Shown here piece after piece: positions 15,788-25,418 of a stretch of 32,000 bases of DNA. This stretch comes from Ureaplasma parvum serovar 3 str. ATCC 27815 (GTDB lineage: Bacteria; Bacillota_I; Bacilli_A; Mycoplasmatales; Mycoplasmoidaceae). The position numbers and the translations under genes were made by a program. The DNA lies in the NCBI RefSeq assembly GCF_000019345.1, contig NC_010503.1, forward strand, positions 90,001 through 122,000. Direction: 5' to 3'. Under the pieces are notes generated by a model, which searched no databases, had not been told where the DNA came from, and worked only from the letters and a program-made list of their open reading frames with translations. Within the stretch, counting starts at the first letter, position 1, and every line of letters starts with the position of its first letter.

Positions 15788-17581
15788 ATGAGCGAATCAA
15801 CATTGTACCGTAAATATCGGCCACATAAATTTAAAAATGTAATAGGTCAAGATTTAATTAAACAAGCATTAATGAATGCTTGTTTAAACAACAAAATTAC
15901 ACATGCTTATATTTTTAGTGGACCACGAGGAATTGGAAAAACATCAATAGCTAGAATTTTTGCGTCTAGTATTAATTGTTTAAATCCTAATAAAGGTGAT
16001 TGTTGCGGCAAATGTAGTGTTTGTGAAAGTATTCTCAAAGAACAAAGTGTTGATTTGATTGAATTAGATGCTGCTAGTAATAATGGTGTTGATCAAATAC
16101 GTATTATTACTGATAATATAAATTATTTACCAACATTTTTTAAGTATAAAGTCTATATTATTGATGAAGCACATATGCTATCTACATCAGCATGAAATGC
16201 TTTATTAAAAACAGTTGAAGAACCACCACAACACGTTATTTTTATTTTTGCAACAACAGAGTACCAAAAAATTCCCTTAACAATTATTAGTCGTTGCCAA
16301 CGTTATGATTTTAAGCGTTTAAATAACAGTGAATTACAAGAATTAATAGACTCTATCCTTACAAAAGAAGATATCAAAATTGATAATAATGCAATTGATA
16401 AATTAATTCAATTAGCTGATGGATCTGGGCGTGATTGTTTAAGCATTTTAGATCAATTAACAACGGTTAAAAAAAATATAGATCTTGATTTAATAAATAA
16501 AACTTTTGGTTTAGTTGACAACTTTAAAGTAATTTCTTTAATCGAATTAATTCAAAAAAACGACATTTTATTATTGCGTGAATTTATTTATGAATTATAC
16601 AATCAAGGTGTTAATTTAGAAGCTTTTTGTGTGCAAATAATAAATGTTTTAATTGATTATTTAATTTATTTAAAAACAAACGATATAAATAATCTTAAAA
16701 AAGTATCAGTTGATGAATTAAAAAAAATGTTATTAATTAATTTTAATGGTAATTATTTGTTAAATAATTTTATTTCTTTATTTAATAATTTAAAAAAATC
16801 ATTAAATCAAGTTTTTGAATTTGAAATTTATTTATATAAAATAATCAATGCTAATAATGATAAATTAGAAAATAAAAAAATAGAATTGTCAATTAACCCT
16901 GAAGAAAATAAAATTAATAATTCCCAAATAATAACGACAAAAAAAATCGATTGTTTTGAAGAAATAAATAAAAATACTGTTGATTTTGATAAGTTATACA
17001 AAACAAAAATTTTTTATCACAAAAAAATTAACAACCAGAATGATAAAGAATCAGGTATTAATCAAAAAGAAGAATTAAGTACAGAATTAGTTAATGATAA
17101 TAAATTGATTTGCAATTCTAATGATATATTAGATAATTATGAACTAGCCAAACAAGCTTTTTTTAATAAAGACATTAAACTTTCAAAAGAAATGAGTCAA
17201 AAATTTAAAGATTTTAAAAATGAAGAAACCATTGAAAATAGTTATATTGATATTATTAAACAAGCTGATTTAGTACTTTGGTGCTCACCTAATGCACTAG
17301 TTTTAGGAGTAGAGTTTTTAGGATTAATTAATCGTATCAATAAAGTTACGCATTCATTTGAATTTATTAAAGAATTTGTTAAGAAATTTGATTCTATCAA
17401 GTTAGTTATTGCTATTAGCAAAAAACAAGCATTAAATATTATTAATATTAAAAAACAAGGTTTAAAAACTAATATAATTAATGATGTTTTAATTGATGAT
17501 ATTAAAATGTTATTAAAACAAGAAGAACAACGAAAACAAGAACAAACAGCGTTATTAAATGAAATTGAAGATGAGGAGTAA
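15788..17581 (+). CDS. dnaX: DNA polymerase III subunits gamma/tau (597 aa)
   Basis: STLYRKYRPHKFKNVIGQ, FSGPRGIGKTSIARIFA, zinc-binding [45 protein letters not shown]. Track ORFs 15788..16195 and 16574..17581 are in the same frame. Confidence 0.96.
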
Positions 17582-17588
17582 AATTTAA

Positions 17589-17888
17589 ATGGACTTTCAA
17601 AAACTTGCACAAGAATTAAAAAAAATGCAAAACACTTTAAGTAAAAAACAAAAAGAATTTGAAGAAAAAGTGTTTGATTTTGATTATAAAGGATATGTAC
17701 TTGTTAAAATCAAAGGTGATTTAAATATTGAAGCAATTGAAATAAAAACAGAAATAGTGGATCCTGAAGACAAAGAAACATTACAAGATATTTTACGTGC
17801 AGCGATCAATGAAGCAATCTCTATAACATGTAAAGAACGAGATGCGATTATGAATGCTACAATCCCTAAAGGAACAGGTCTTTTTTAG
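17589..17888 (+). CDS. YbaB/EbfC family nucleoid-associated protein (99 aa)
   Basis: Size, MDFQKLAQELKKMQNTLSKKQKEFEEK start, and position between dnaX and recR. Confidence 0.9.
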   Translation: MDFQKLAQELKKMQNTLSKKQKEFEEKVFDFDYKGYVLVKIKGDLNIEAIEIKTEIVDPEDKETLQDILRAAINEAISITCKERDAIMNATIPKGTGLF

Positions 17889-17896
17889 AATTAATT

Positions 17897-18502
17897 ATGA
17901 GTAAACCAGTAGAATTTGAAATGCTTGTTGATGCACTTAAATCATTACCTGGTGTAGGAACAAAAAATGCTAATAAATGAGCATTTTTTTTGTTACAACA
18001 AGATCAAAAATACATTGATGATCTTATTAAAAGAATTAAAGAAGCAAAAACAAATATTTTAAAATGTAAGTATTGTGCTAATTTTACAAATAAAGACGAA
18101 TGCGATATTTGTTTAAATGAATATCGTGATTTTACTAAATTAATGATTGTTACCACAAACGAGGATTTAGAAAGAATCGAATCAGCTAACATTTATAATG
18201 GCCTATATCATATTACAAATGGTGAAATCTCTTTAAGGAAAAACGTTGTTATTGAACATACAAACATTAAGACTATTAAAGAGCGTGTTTTAAATGGTAG
18301 TTTTAAAGAAATAATTATTGCTACAAGTTATACCCATGATGGGGAAGTTACGGCTGATTATATTATAAGAATGCTTGAAGACATTAAAGATTTACAAATT
18401 TATCGTATTGGCTTTGGTATTCCTTTAAATTCAAGCATTGATTATGCAGATGATGAAACTTTAAAGCAGTCTCTTATTAATAAACGGAAAATAAGAAATT
18501 AA
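17897..18502 (+). CDS. recR: Recombination mediator RecR (201 aa)
   Basis: LKSLPGVGTKNANKWAFFLL helix-hairpin-helix, zinc motif CKYCANFTNKDECDIC, TOPRIM region. ATG at 17897; one TGA Trp truncates the track ORF. Confidence 0.93.
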
Positions 18503-18583
18503 TTTTTTATTTTAAAACAATCTTTAATTATTCATTTTAAATGGGGGTTATAATAATTGTATAATTATAAGGAGGTTAAACAT

Positions 18584-18826
18584 ATGGGTTACGGTAAAGG
18601 ATACTTAGCAATGTTTAAAAACAAGAAAGTAAGATTTAAGGTTGTAAATAGCTTTCCTGATCTAAAGGTTCAATTTGTTACATCATTTCCTGATTACAAA
18701 GTAAAGATTTCAAATTCATCTTCTTTTTGTGAGGAAACTATTAAAATTCAAGTTGTTACTAGCTTTCCTGATGTAAAATTACAAAAAGTTACATCATTCG
18801 GTGATTTTGAAGCTTATATTGACTAA
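18584..18826 (+). CDS. Short repeat-containing protein (80 aa from ATG 18584; 89 aa from the TTG at 18557), candidate homologue of the 7_1-knotted Ureaplasma protein
   Basis: Ideal AAGGAGG Shine-Dalgarno (18569-18575) 8 nt before ATG 18584. The protein has repeated motifs VVNSFPDLKVQ / VTSFPDYKVKI / VVTSFPDVKLQ / VTSFGDF. Confidence 0.85.
   Translation: MGYGKGYLAMFKNKKVRFKVVNSFPDLKVQFVTSFPDYKVKISNSSSFCEETIKIQVVTSFPDVKLQKVTSFGDFEAYID
18650..18799 (+). repeat. Imperfect 39-nt direct repeat inside the small protein gene (18650-18688 and 18761-18799)
   Basis: agctttcctgatctaaaggttcaatttgttacatcattt versus agctttcctgatgtaaaattacaaaaagttacatcattc, offset 111 nt. Confidence 0.8.
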
Positions 18827-18863
18827 GAACTAGATAATAAAAAATTTTTATTTTTTGATTGAG

Positions 18864-18897
18864 CTGGTGGTATGCTGGCTCATTTTTTTAATATATT
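18864..18897 (+). terminator. Possible weak intrinsic terminator between the small protein and the DUF262 gene
   Basis: TGAGC-tggtggtatgctg-GCTCA followed by TTTTTTT. Confidence 0.4.
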
Positions 18898-18922
18898 TAA
18901 TTTGAGAAGAGGCGAGTTAATT

Positions 18923-20626
18923 ATGGCTAATGAGTATTATAATATGTGTGCCTTAGATGCACTCAAATTTGTGAAAAATAGAAATATGTTATTACCAGAT
19001 ATTCAAAGAGAATATGTTTGGGATACAACTGATATAGAAAAATTATTTGAATCTATAGTTGATGATTATCCAGTGGGTTCTTGTATATTTTGGAAAACAA
19101 ATAAAAAAGTACTTAATGATGAAAAACCAAATCTTTATTATTTTATTTCTAAATATAAGCAAGGCGTAACTAAAAATGAAAAAGCACCAGAATTTGTATC
19201 TGATGAAACAGATTATTATATAGTATTAGATGGACAACAAAGAATTACATCTCTTAATATTGCATTGTTTGGATCGTTTACATCTAAGAAAAAAGGTAAA
19301 GGATATAGTGTAAAAAATTCTAAATCATGGGTAGAACGAGAACTATATTATAATTTATCTTTTTACGACAGCAATGAATTGGATGATGAAAATCCCATTA
19401 AAAGATTTGTATTTTTGTCTGAAGAAGAAGCAAAGAATGGTAATTATTATAAAGTTAAGCAAATAGTTAAAAGTGATAACTTAACTGATTATGTTGATAC
19501 AATATCGAATTTTAATAAAAATGTAAAAACGGATTTAATGTGTTTGTATAGAAGAATTATGGAAGCGTCTGCCACTAGTGTAATTCATTATTATTGCATT
19601 GCAGAGAATACATATGATGAAGCACTAGATATTTTTGTTAGAGTAAATTCTACTGGAAGAAAACTATCAAAGTCCGATTTATTATTTTCTACATTAATTG
19701 ATGGTTGGAAAGAAGGGAAGGAAAATATAGACACCTTATTGTCTGACTTAAATTCAGCTGGAGATGGATTTTCTTTTACAAGAGATTATTTAATGCGATT
19801 GGCTTTGGTATTAGTTGATGCAAATACTAATTTAAAAATTGATTCGTTAACTTCTAAAACAATAAAGGAAATCAGGGATAACTGGCAAAAAATAAAGAAA
19901 GCGCTAGAAAAATTATCTGAATTATTAGTTTCAATTGGCATGTGTGACGAAAATATGACCTCATATAATGCAACCATTCCACTGGCATATTATTTTTACA
20001 AAGGTGGCAAAATTGATACAGCAGAATCAAAAAAAGAAGCAAGAAAGTTCCTAGCCGTTTCAATGTCAAAAGGACTGTTTGGTGTAGCAAGTAATGATTC
20101 TTTGAATCAAAGCAGAACTGCTCTTAAGTCAGTAAATGAAAAAACTCCATTTTCATTAACTTTATTTAGTAGTATTACTTTAACGGGTAATAGAACATTT
20201 ACTGCATCGAAAGATGATATTGAATATTGGTTGACGAAGTTTGAAAAAGGAAAAAACACATTCATAATTCTTTCTTTGCTTTATCCTAATTTAAAGTTAA
20301 GCCAAGTTGAGTTCCATCAGGATCACTGTCACCCTTATACTTCATTTGATGATAAAAACATTAAAAAATTAGGATTGACAGAAGATAAAATAAAAGAATG
20401 GCAGTTTAAAAGAAATTTAATTCCTAATTTGCAGTTTTTGGCAGGTAAGGAAAATGAGTCAAAAAATAAAAGGCCTTTATCAAATTGGGTTAAAGATGGA
20501 AATACCTTTGAATATAGACCAGAAAATGTTTCTCTTGAATTATCCAATTTTGATAAATTTTTTAATGAAAGAAAATCCCTTATAAAAAATAAGCTTTTGG
20601 ATATTTTTGGTTTAAAAGCAAACTAA
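18923..20626 (+). CDS. DUF262 (GmrS-like) protein with HNH/DUF1524-like C-terminus (567 aa from ATG 18923)
   Basis: LLPDIQREYVWDTTDIEKLFESI, YPVGSCIFWKTN, YYIVLDGQQRITSL, VRVNSTGRKLSKSDLLFS are hallmark DUF262 motifs. C-terminal FHQDHCHPYTSF...RNLIPNLQFLAGKENESKNKRPLSNW looks like an HNH nuclease motif. GAGG-type SD lies before ATG 18923. All 8 Trp codons are TGG. Confidence 0.9.
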   Translation: MANEYYNMCALDALKFVKNRNMLLPDIQREYVWDTTDIEKLFESIVDDYPVGSCIFWKTNKKVLNDEKPNLYYFISKYKQGVTKNEKAPEFVSDETDYYIVLDGQQRITSLNIALFGSFTSKKKGKGYSVKNSKSWVERELYYNLSFYDSNELDDENPIKRFVFLSEEEAKNGNYYKVKQIVKSDNLTDYVDTISNFNKNVKTDLMCLYRRIMEASATSVIHYYCIAENTYDEALDIFVRVNSTGRKLSKSDLLFSTLIDGWKEGKENIDTLLSDLNSAGDGFSFTRDYLMRLALVLVDANTNLKIDSLTSKTIKEIRDNWQKIKKALEKLSELLVSIGMCDENMTSYNATIPLAYYFYKGGKIDTAESKKEARKFLAVSMSKGLFGVASNDSLNQSRTALKSVNEKTPFSLTLFSSITLTGNRTFTASKDDIEYWLTKFEKGKNTFIILSLLYPNLKLSQVEFHQDHCHPYTSFDDKNIKKLGLTEDKIKEWQFKRNLIPNLQFLAGKENESKNKRPLSNWVKDGNTFEYRPENVSLELSNFDKFFNERKSLIKNKLLDIFGLKAN

Positions 20627-20715
20627 AAATAAATAAATGTATAAAAATCTAGATTTTACTCAGTTCTAAATAAATTAATTTCTGTATGAAGTGGAATTAC
20701 ATGGTTTTTTTGCTT

Positions 20716-20749
20716 GAATATTGTAAATATTCGTATGCTTTGATATAGT
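20716..20749 (+). promoter_or_regulatory. Candidate promoter TTGTAA-17 nt-TATAGT with perfect palindrome GAATATT-GTA-AATATTC over the -35
   Basis: Palindrome at 20716-20732; -35 at 20721-20726; -10 at 20744-20749. Confidence 0.45.
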
Positions 20750-20868
20750 ATTAATGCAAGCCAATGTGTATAGTGCTTTGCAGTACCTATGACCGATTAA
20801 TGGTGGAGTGGTGCAAAAAAAATTATTTTTCTCTGATCTCAAAGGGTTGATGAAAGGAGGAACTTATT

Positions 20869-20931
20869 ATGTCATCAAACAAAGTAGAAAGATTCGACTT
20901 GTTTAAGAACATAACATTATCATTTTGATAA
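20869..20931 (+). CDS. Very short ORF (MSSNKVERFDLFKNITLSFW) behind a strong Shine-Dalgarno; possible gene remnant or leader peptide
   Basis: GAAAGGAGGAACTTATTATG context. The ORF stops at TGA (standard code) or TAA three bases later. Confidence 0.3.
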
Positions 20932-21241
20932 ATTAATATTTTGTTTAAGAATAGATAACATTTTAAATTCTTAGTTCTAATTCGTTAATCTTTTTCTAAT
21001 TTAAGAATTTTTATTTATAGATTTGTTTTTTTTAACTCATTGGTTATTTTAATTAATTCATTAATACTATAAATTAGAAACATTTTATTTTGATTAGAAG
21101 CATTTTGAATTTAAACTTTATATCTATAATACAAATTTTGTGTTTTTTATAATTTTATAAATTTCTTATTAAGAAATACAAAGATTAAATAATATAATTA
21201 ATGATTAGTACAATAATTTTTAAAATATAAAGAGGTAATTG

Positions 21242-22588
21242 ATGTTCAAAGCAATGATAGGTAGTATTGTAAGTAAACAAATGTCAAAAAAATTAAAAAA
21301 TGCGACAATTGTTGAAGAAGATATTAAAGAATTATTAAGCGAGATAAGAATAGCATTATTAGATGCTGACGTTAATTTATTAGTTGTTAAAAAATTTATT
21401 AAAAACATCAAAGAAAAAACAATTGGATTGTATGTTGAAGCAAACCAAAAGCCAGCAGATCTTGTTTTAAAAATAATTAAAGATGAATTAGTTGAAATTT
21501 TAGGAAAAGAAAATAAGCCAGTTAACACAGCTAAATCACAATTAAAAATTATGATGGTTGGTTTACAAGGTTCAGGTAAAACAACAACTACTGGTAAATT
21601 AGCTAATTATTTTAAAAATAAATACAATAAAAAACCATTATTAGTGGCGGCTGATATCTATCGTCCAGCGGCGATTGATCAATTAAGAACATTAGCAAAA
21701 CAAGTTCGTGTAGATTTTTGAGAAGAAGGAACACAACGCCCTGATTTAATTGTAAAAAATGCTTTAAACAAAGCTGATGAAAATGAAAATAATTTGATAA
21801 TTGTTGATACAGCTGGACGTTTACAAACAAACGAAGAGTTAATGCAAGAATTAGTAAATGTTAAAAAAACACTAAATCCTGATGAGGTTTTTTTAGTTGT
21901 TGATGCTATGGCAGGCCAAGACATTATTAACGTTGCTACAGAATTCAATAATTGATTAAAATTAACAGGTATTATTGTTACTAAATTAGATTCAGATGCA
22001 CGTGCTGGAGCTGTTTTATCATTAACATCGTTATTAAATATACCAATTAAATTCACAGGTACTGGTGAAAAAATAGGATCAATTGATAGTTTCTATCCAG
22101 AACGAATGGCTGATCGAATTTTAGGTCTTGGTGATATCATGACTTTAGCAGAGAAAGCAGCTGATGTTATTGATGAAAAACAAGTTCGTGGTTCGATGCA
22201 ACGAATGATGGCAGGAAAAATGGATTTAGAAGATTTAATGCGTCAAATGAGTCAAATTAGTAAATTAGGTAGTTTTTCAGGAATAGCTAAGATGATTCCT
22301 GGATTGAACAATATTTCTGAAAACCAAATTGGTGATGCTGAGAGCAAAATGAAAATATGAACAATTTTATTATCAAGTATGACTTTAAAAGAACGTCGTG
22401 ATCCGCGCGTTTTTAAAAAAGAACCATCAAGACGCATACGGGTTTTAAAAGGATCAGGACGTTCGCCTGATGAATTAAATAAGTTATTAAAACAGTGGGA
22501 AGTGTCACGTGATAAAATGGCAGAACTTGGTAAAATGTTACAAAAAGGAAAAAATCCTTTTAGTAAATCTGGTGGGTTATTTAGTTAA
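21242..22588 (+). CDS. ffh: Signal recognition particle GTPase Ffh (448 aa)
   Basis: MMVGLQGSGKTTTTGKLAN, AADIYRPAAIDQL, DTAGRLQTN, TKLDSDARAG, and a C-terminal M domain. ORFs 21239..21721, 22106..22360 and 22379..22588 share one frame. Confidence 0.97.
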
Positions 22589-22637
22589 AAATGGTTATAC
22601 ACCATTTTTTTATTTTATTTAATATAATAAATTGTTG

Positions 22638-22679
22638 AATAAGAAAAAATAAAACACTATCTTAATAATTTTTCTTATT
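22638..22679 (+). terminator. Possible terminator hairpin downstream of ffh
   Basis: AATAAGAAAAA ... TTTTTCTTATT perfect 11 bp stem with 20 nt loop; AT-only composition weakens it. Confidence 0.3.
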
Positions 22680-22799
22680 ATTCCATATATTTTTAAAAAC
22701 AAAATAATCAAAATAAAAAAATACAATAAAACCAAAATTAAATTTATCTTTTGAATAAAATTATTAACAATATTTAATATATGGAAAAATCACATAAAA

Positions 22800-24587
22800 A
22801 TGAATAAAAAAATAAATTTGAACAGCAGTTTAGCTTATATTGGTTTTTTAACACGCCTTATTATTGTAAAAAAAACAACATATCTTTTACCGATCATAAC
22901 TTTATTAATTACATTAATTATAGGAATTGTTGTCGGCTGTGTTGTTAAGCAAAAAACACAATTTTTGATAATTTCATATGTAATGATCATGTTTAATTTA
23001 TTAATGACAACAATTTTTGCTTCACTAAAAGCATTAAATATTTTTAAGGATTTTAGTGAAGATGGTATTGATATTTTAGTAATTTCTAAACCAATTAGCC
23101 GTAAAAACATTGTTTGATCAAAAATTTTTTTCTTCGTCCTAACAGGTATTGTTTGAAGTCTAGTTAGTTTTTTAGGACTATTAATTTTTTATTTAATTAG
23201 CTTTAATTTTGCTAAAAATGTTAATTATTATTGAATCTTAAGTTATATAAGTCCTTTTATTTGTTATTTAATTTTTGGGTTAATAACAAGCCTTTTAGCT
23301 TTAAAATTAAATGCAAAAATAAGTATTTTAATTCCTTTTGTTAGTTTTATTCCCTTACTTACTATTGGAATTATTGCGAACTTAGTTAGTCAAGTCCAAT
23401 CACAAGCCTTTTTAAGATTATTAAAACAAAAATCAACAAACAATATTGAGGCTTTTTATTTAAATAATAATTTAGATCAATATTATTTAATTAACACAGG
23501 TTTTTTTAATCATAAATTTAATGAAAATCAAAATTTAGAAATTATGAACGCTTATTTAAAAACTAGAAGTTTAGCAACTTTTTGACAAGTAAGTAGTTGA
23601 ATTCTTCCTGTTTATCAATTAGCTGATGTTTTTAATAAAAGTGATTATGAGCCATTTAGTGATTTTATTAAAAATCAAGTAGATCAGATTTTATATGCCA
23701 ATAATTTAGCATCAAAACAATTTAATTATCAGTTAGAAAAAAATAGTAATTCATTAATCAATTTTAGTATTAATAATGATAAAAGTTTTTTAATTCCAAG
23801 TTTGTTAAAAAACGATTCTCAAAATTTAATTAACAATAACTTAAATCAAGAAGTAATTTATGCAATTGACAATTGAAAAGATCAAACGATCGAATATCAA
23901 AAAAACAGTTATACACAATTAAGTAGTGATGATATTGTTGGTTCGCTTAAATGAATGATTATTAAAGAGGTATTAAACGTAAGATCGTTTAATACATATG
24001 CTAATAATTTATTTAAAACACTTGATCAAAAAGCAAATCAAAAACAAATCTTAGATTTAATTTCAAATAGTGTACAAAAATTTGATTTCAATAAATGAAA
24101 CGATGAGAATGCTGATTTATTTAAAAAGGATTTTAATAAATTATTAATTAAATCAAAAACTGAACAACAAATATATTTAGCAGTTAGTTTAATTTATTAT
24201 CTATATTTCAATCCACACTATACGAATTTACTAAAAATTTTATTAGTTGATCATCAAAATAATTTACAATATAAAACACAATTAAAAATAAATTTAAATA
24301 ATAAAAATTATTTAATTGGCGGTTTTAAAAGCTACTTACTTCATCAGATATTGCCTCAAGAAAATGACGATGGCATAGATGAATTAAAAAAAGATAAAAA
24401 GATTCGTTACAGATATAGTTTAGAACAAGGCGGAAATTATTTATTCGATTATGTCCAACAAAATTATAGTTTTAAAAGAAAGCAACAAATTGTTTATAAA
24501 GAAGCTTACTGCGTAATTTGATTAATATTAATTTTTAGTTTATTAATTGGTACATATTATGGCTATAAAAGAAAGGACTATCGTTAA
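22800..24587 (+). CDS. ABC-2-like permease with large extracellular region (595 aa)
   Basis: N-terminal block of TM helices (ILPIITLLITLIIGIVVGCVV, SLVSFLGLLIFYLISF, PFICYLIFGLITSLLA, LIPFVSFIPLLTIGII), about 330 residues of hydrophilic sequence, and a final TM (VIWLILIFSLLIGTYYGYKRK). Stop TAA at 24585-24587 overlaps the next ATG. Only a short part appears in the track because of TGA Trp codons. Confidence 0.8.
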
Positions 24588-25297
24588 TGAATAATGAATT
24601 TATTTTAGAAGTTAAAAATTTAACAAAAATTTATAAAAAATCAAACCAAGGGGTTTTTGATTTAAGTTTTAATGTAAAACGTGGCGAAATTCATGCATTT
24701 ATTGGTGAAAATGGATCAGGTAAAACAACAACTATTAAATCAATTATTAATGCATACACAAATTACAAAGGATCAATTTTAATTGATGGTTTTGATAATA
24801 AAACCCCAAAAAGTCATGAAAAAATTGGTTATGTGCCAGAAATTGCTTTATTTCCTAGTGAATTAACAACTTTTCAATATTTATATTCATTTGCTCGTTT
24901 ATCAAATTTAAATAAAAAACAAGCTATTGAACGCATTCATAATTTTTTAGAAAAATTTAGAATTAGTGATTTAAAAAATAAAAAACCAATCAATTTTTCA
25001 TCTGGACAAAAAAAGAAAGTGATTTTAATTCAAGCTTTATTACACGATCCAGAGTTAATTATTTTAGATGAACCAACAGCGAACTTAGACCCATCAGCAC
25101 GTCATGAATTCAATAATATCTTAAAAGAATTGCACGAACAAAACAAAACCATTTTTATTTGTTCGCATATTTTAAAAGAAATGGATACTTACGTTGATAG
25201 TTTGACTTTAATTCACAAAGGAAAGCTAGTATATAGTGGTCATAAATATGATGCATTAGAGAAAATCTACTATGACAGTGTTTTAAAAAATAAATAA
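24587..25297 (+). CDS. ABC transporter ATP-binding protein (236 aa)
   Basis: Walker A GENGSGKTTTIKS, signature NFSSGQKKKVILIQAL, Walker B LIILDEPTANLDPSA, H-loop FICSHI. Confidence 0.97.
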   Translation: MNNEFILEVKNLTKIYKKSNQGVFDLSFNVKRGEIHAFIGENGSGKTTTIKSIINAYTNYKGSILIDGFDNKTPKSHEKIGYVPEIALFPSELTTFQYLYSFARLSNLNKKQAIERIHNFLEKFRISDLKNKKPINFSSGQKKKVILIQALLHDPELIILDEPTANLDPSARHEFNNILKELHEQNKTIFICSHILKEMDTYVDSLTLIHKGKLVYSGHKYDALEKIYYDSVLKNK

Positions 25298-25303
25298 GAA
25301 TAT

Positions 25304-25337
25304 CTTTCATTCTTTAAAAAAAGAACGAAAATTTTAA
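25304..25337 (+). terminator. Possible terminator between the ATPase and lipoprotein genes
   Basis: TTTCATTCTTTAAAAAAAGAACGAAAATTTT: stem with one A-C mismatch. Confidence 0.4.
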
Positions 25338-25418
25338 TTATTTAATATTAATAGATATTTAAATTCTTTATAATTATACGAATACAATTAAATTAATTCA
25401 AATTAAGGAATTAATACT

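Noticed and set aside
17242-17610. 122-aa ORF antisense to dnaX
   Set aside because: Overlaps the dnaX C-terminus on the opposite strand; looks like a by-product of Lys/Glu-rich coding sequence.
20750-20820. Possible small SRP RNA (4.5S) just upstream of ffh
   Set aside because: The conserved tetraloop/apical motif (GGTCAGG...GGAAGCAGCC-like) is absent, and I could not draw the long hairpin. Adjacency to ffh alone is not evidence.
21220-21528. 102-aa ORF antisense to ffh
   Set aside because: Mirror ORF of a strongly coding gene in an AT-rich genome; no ribosome-binding site or recognisable protein.
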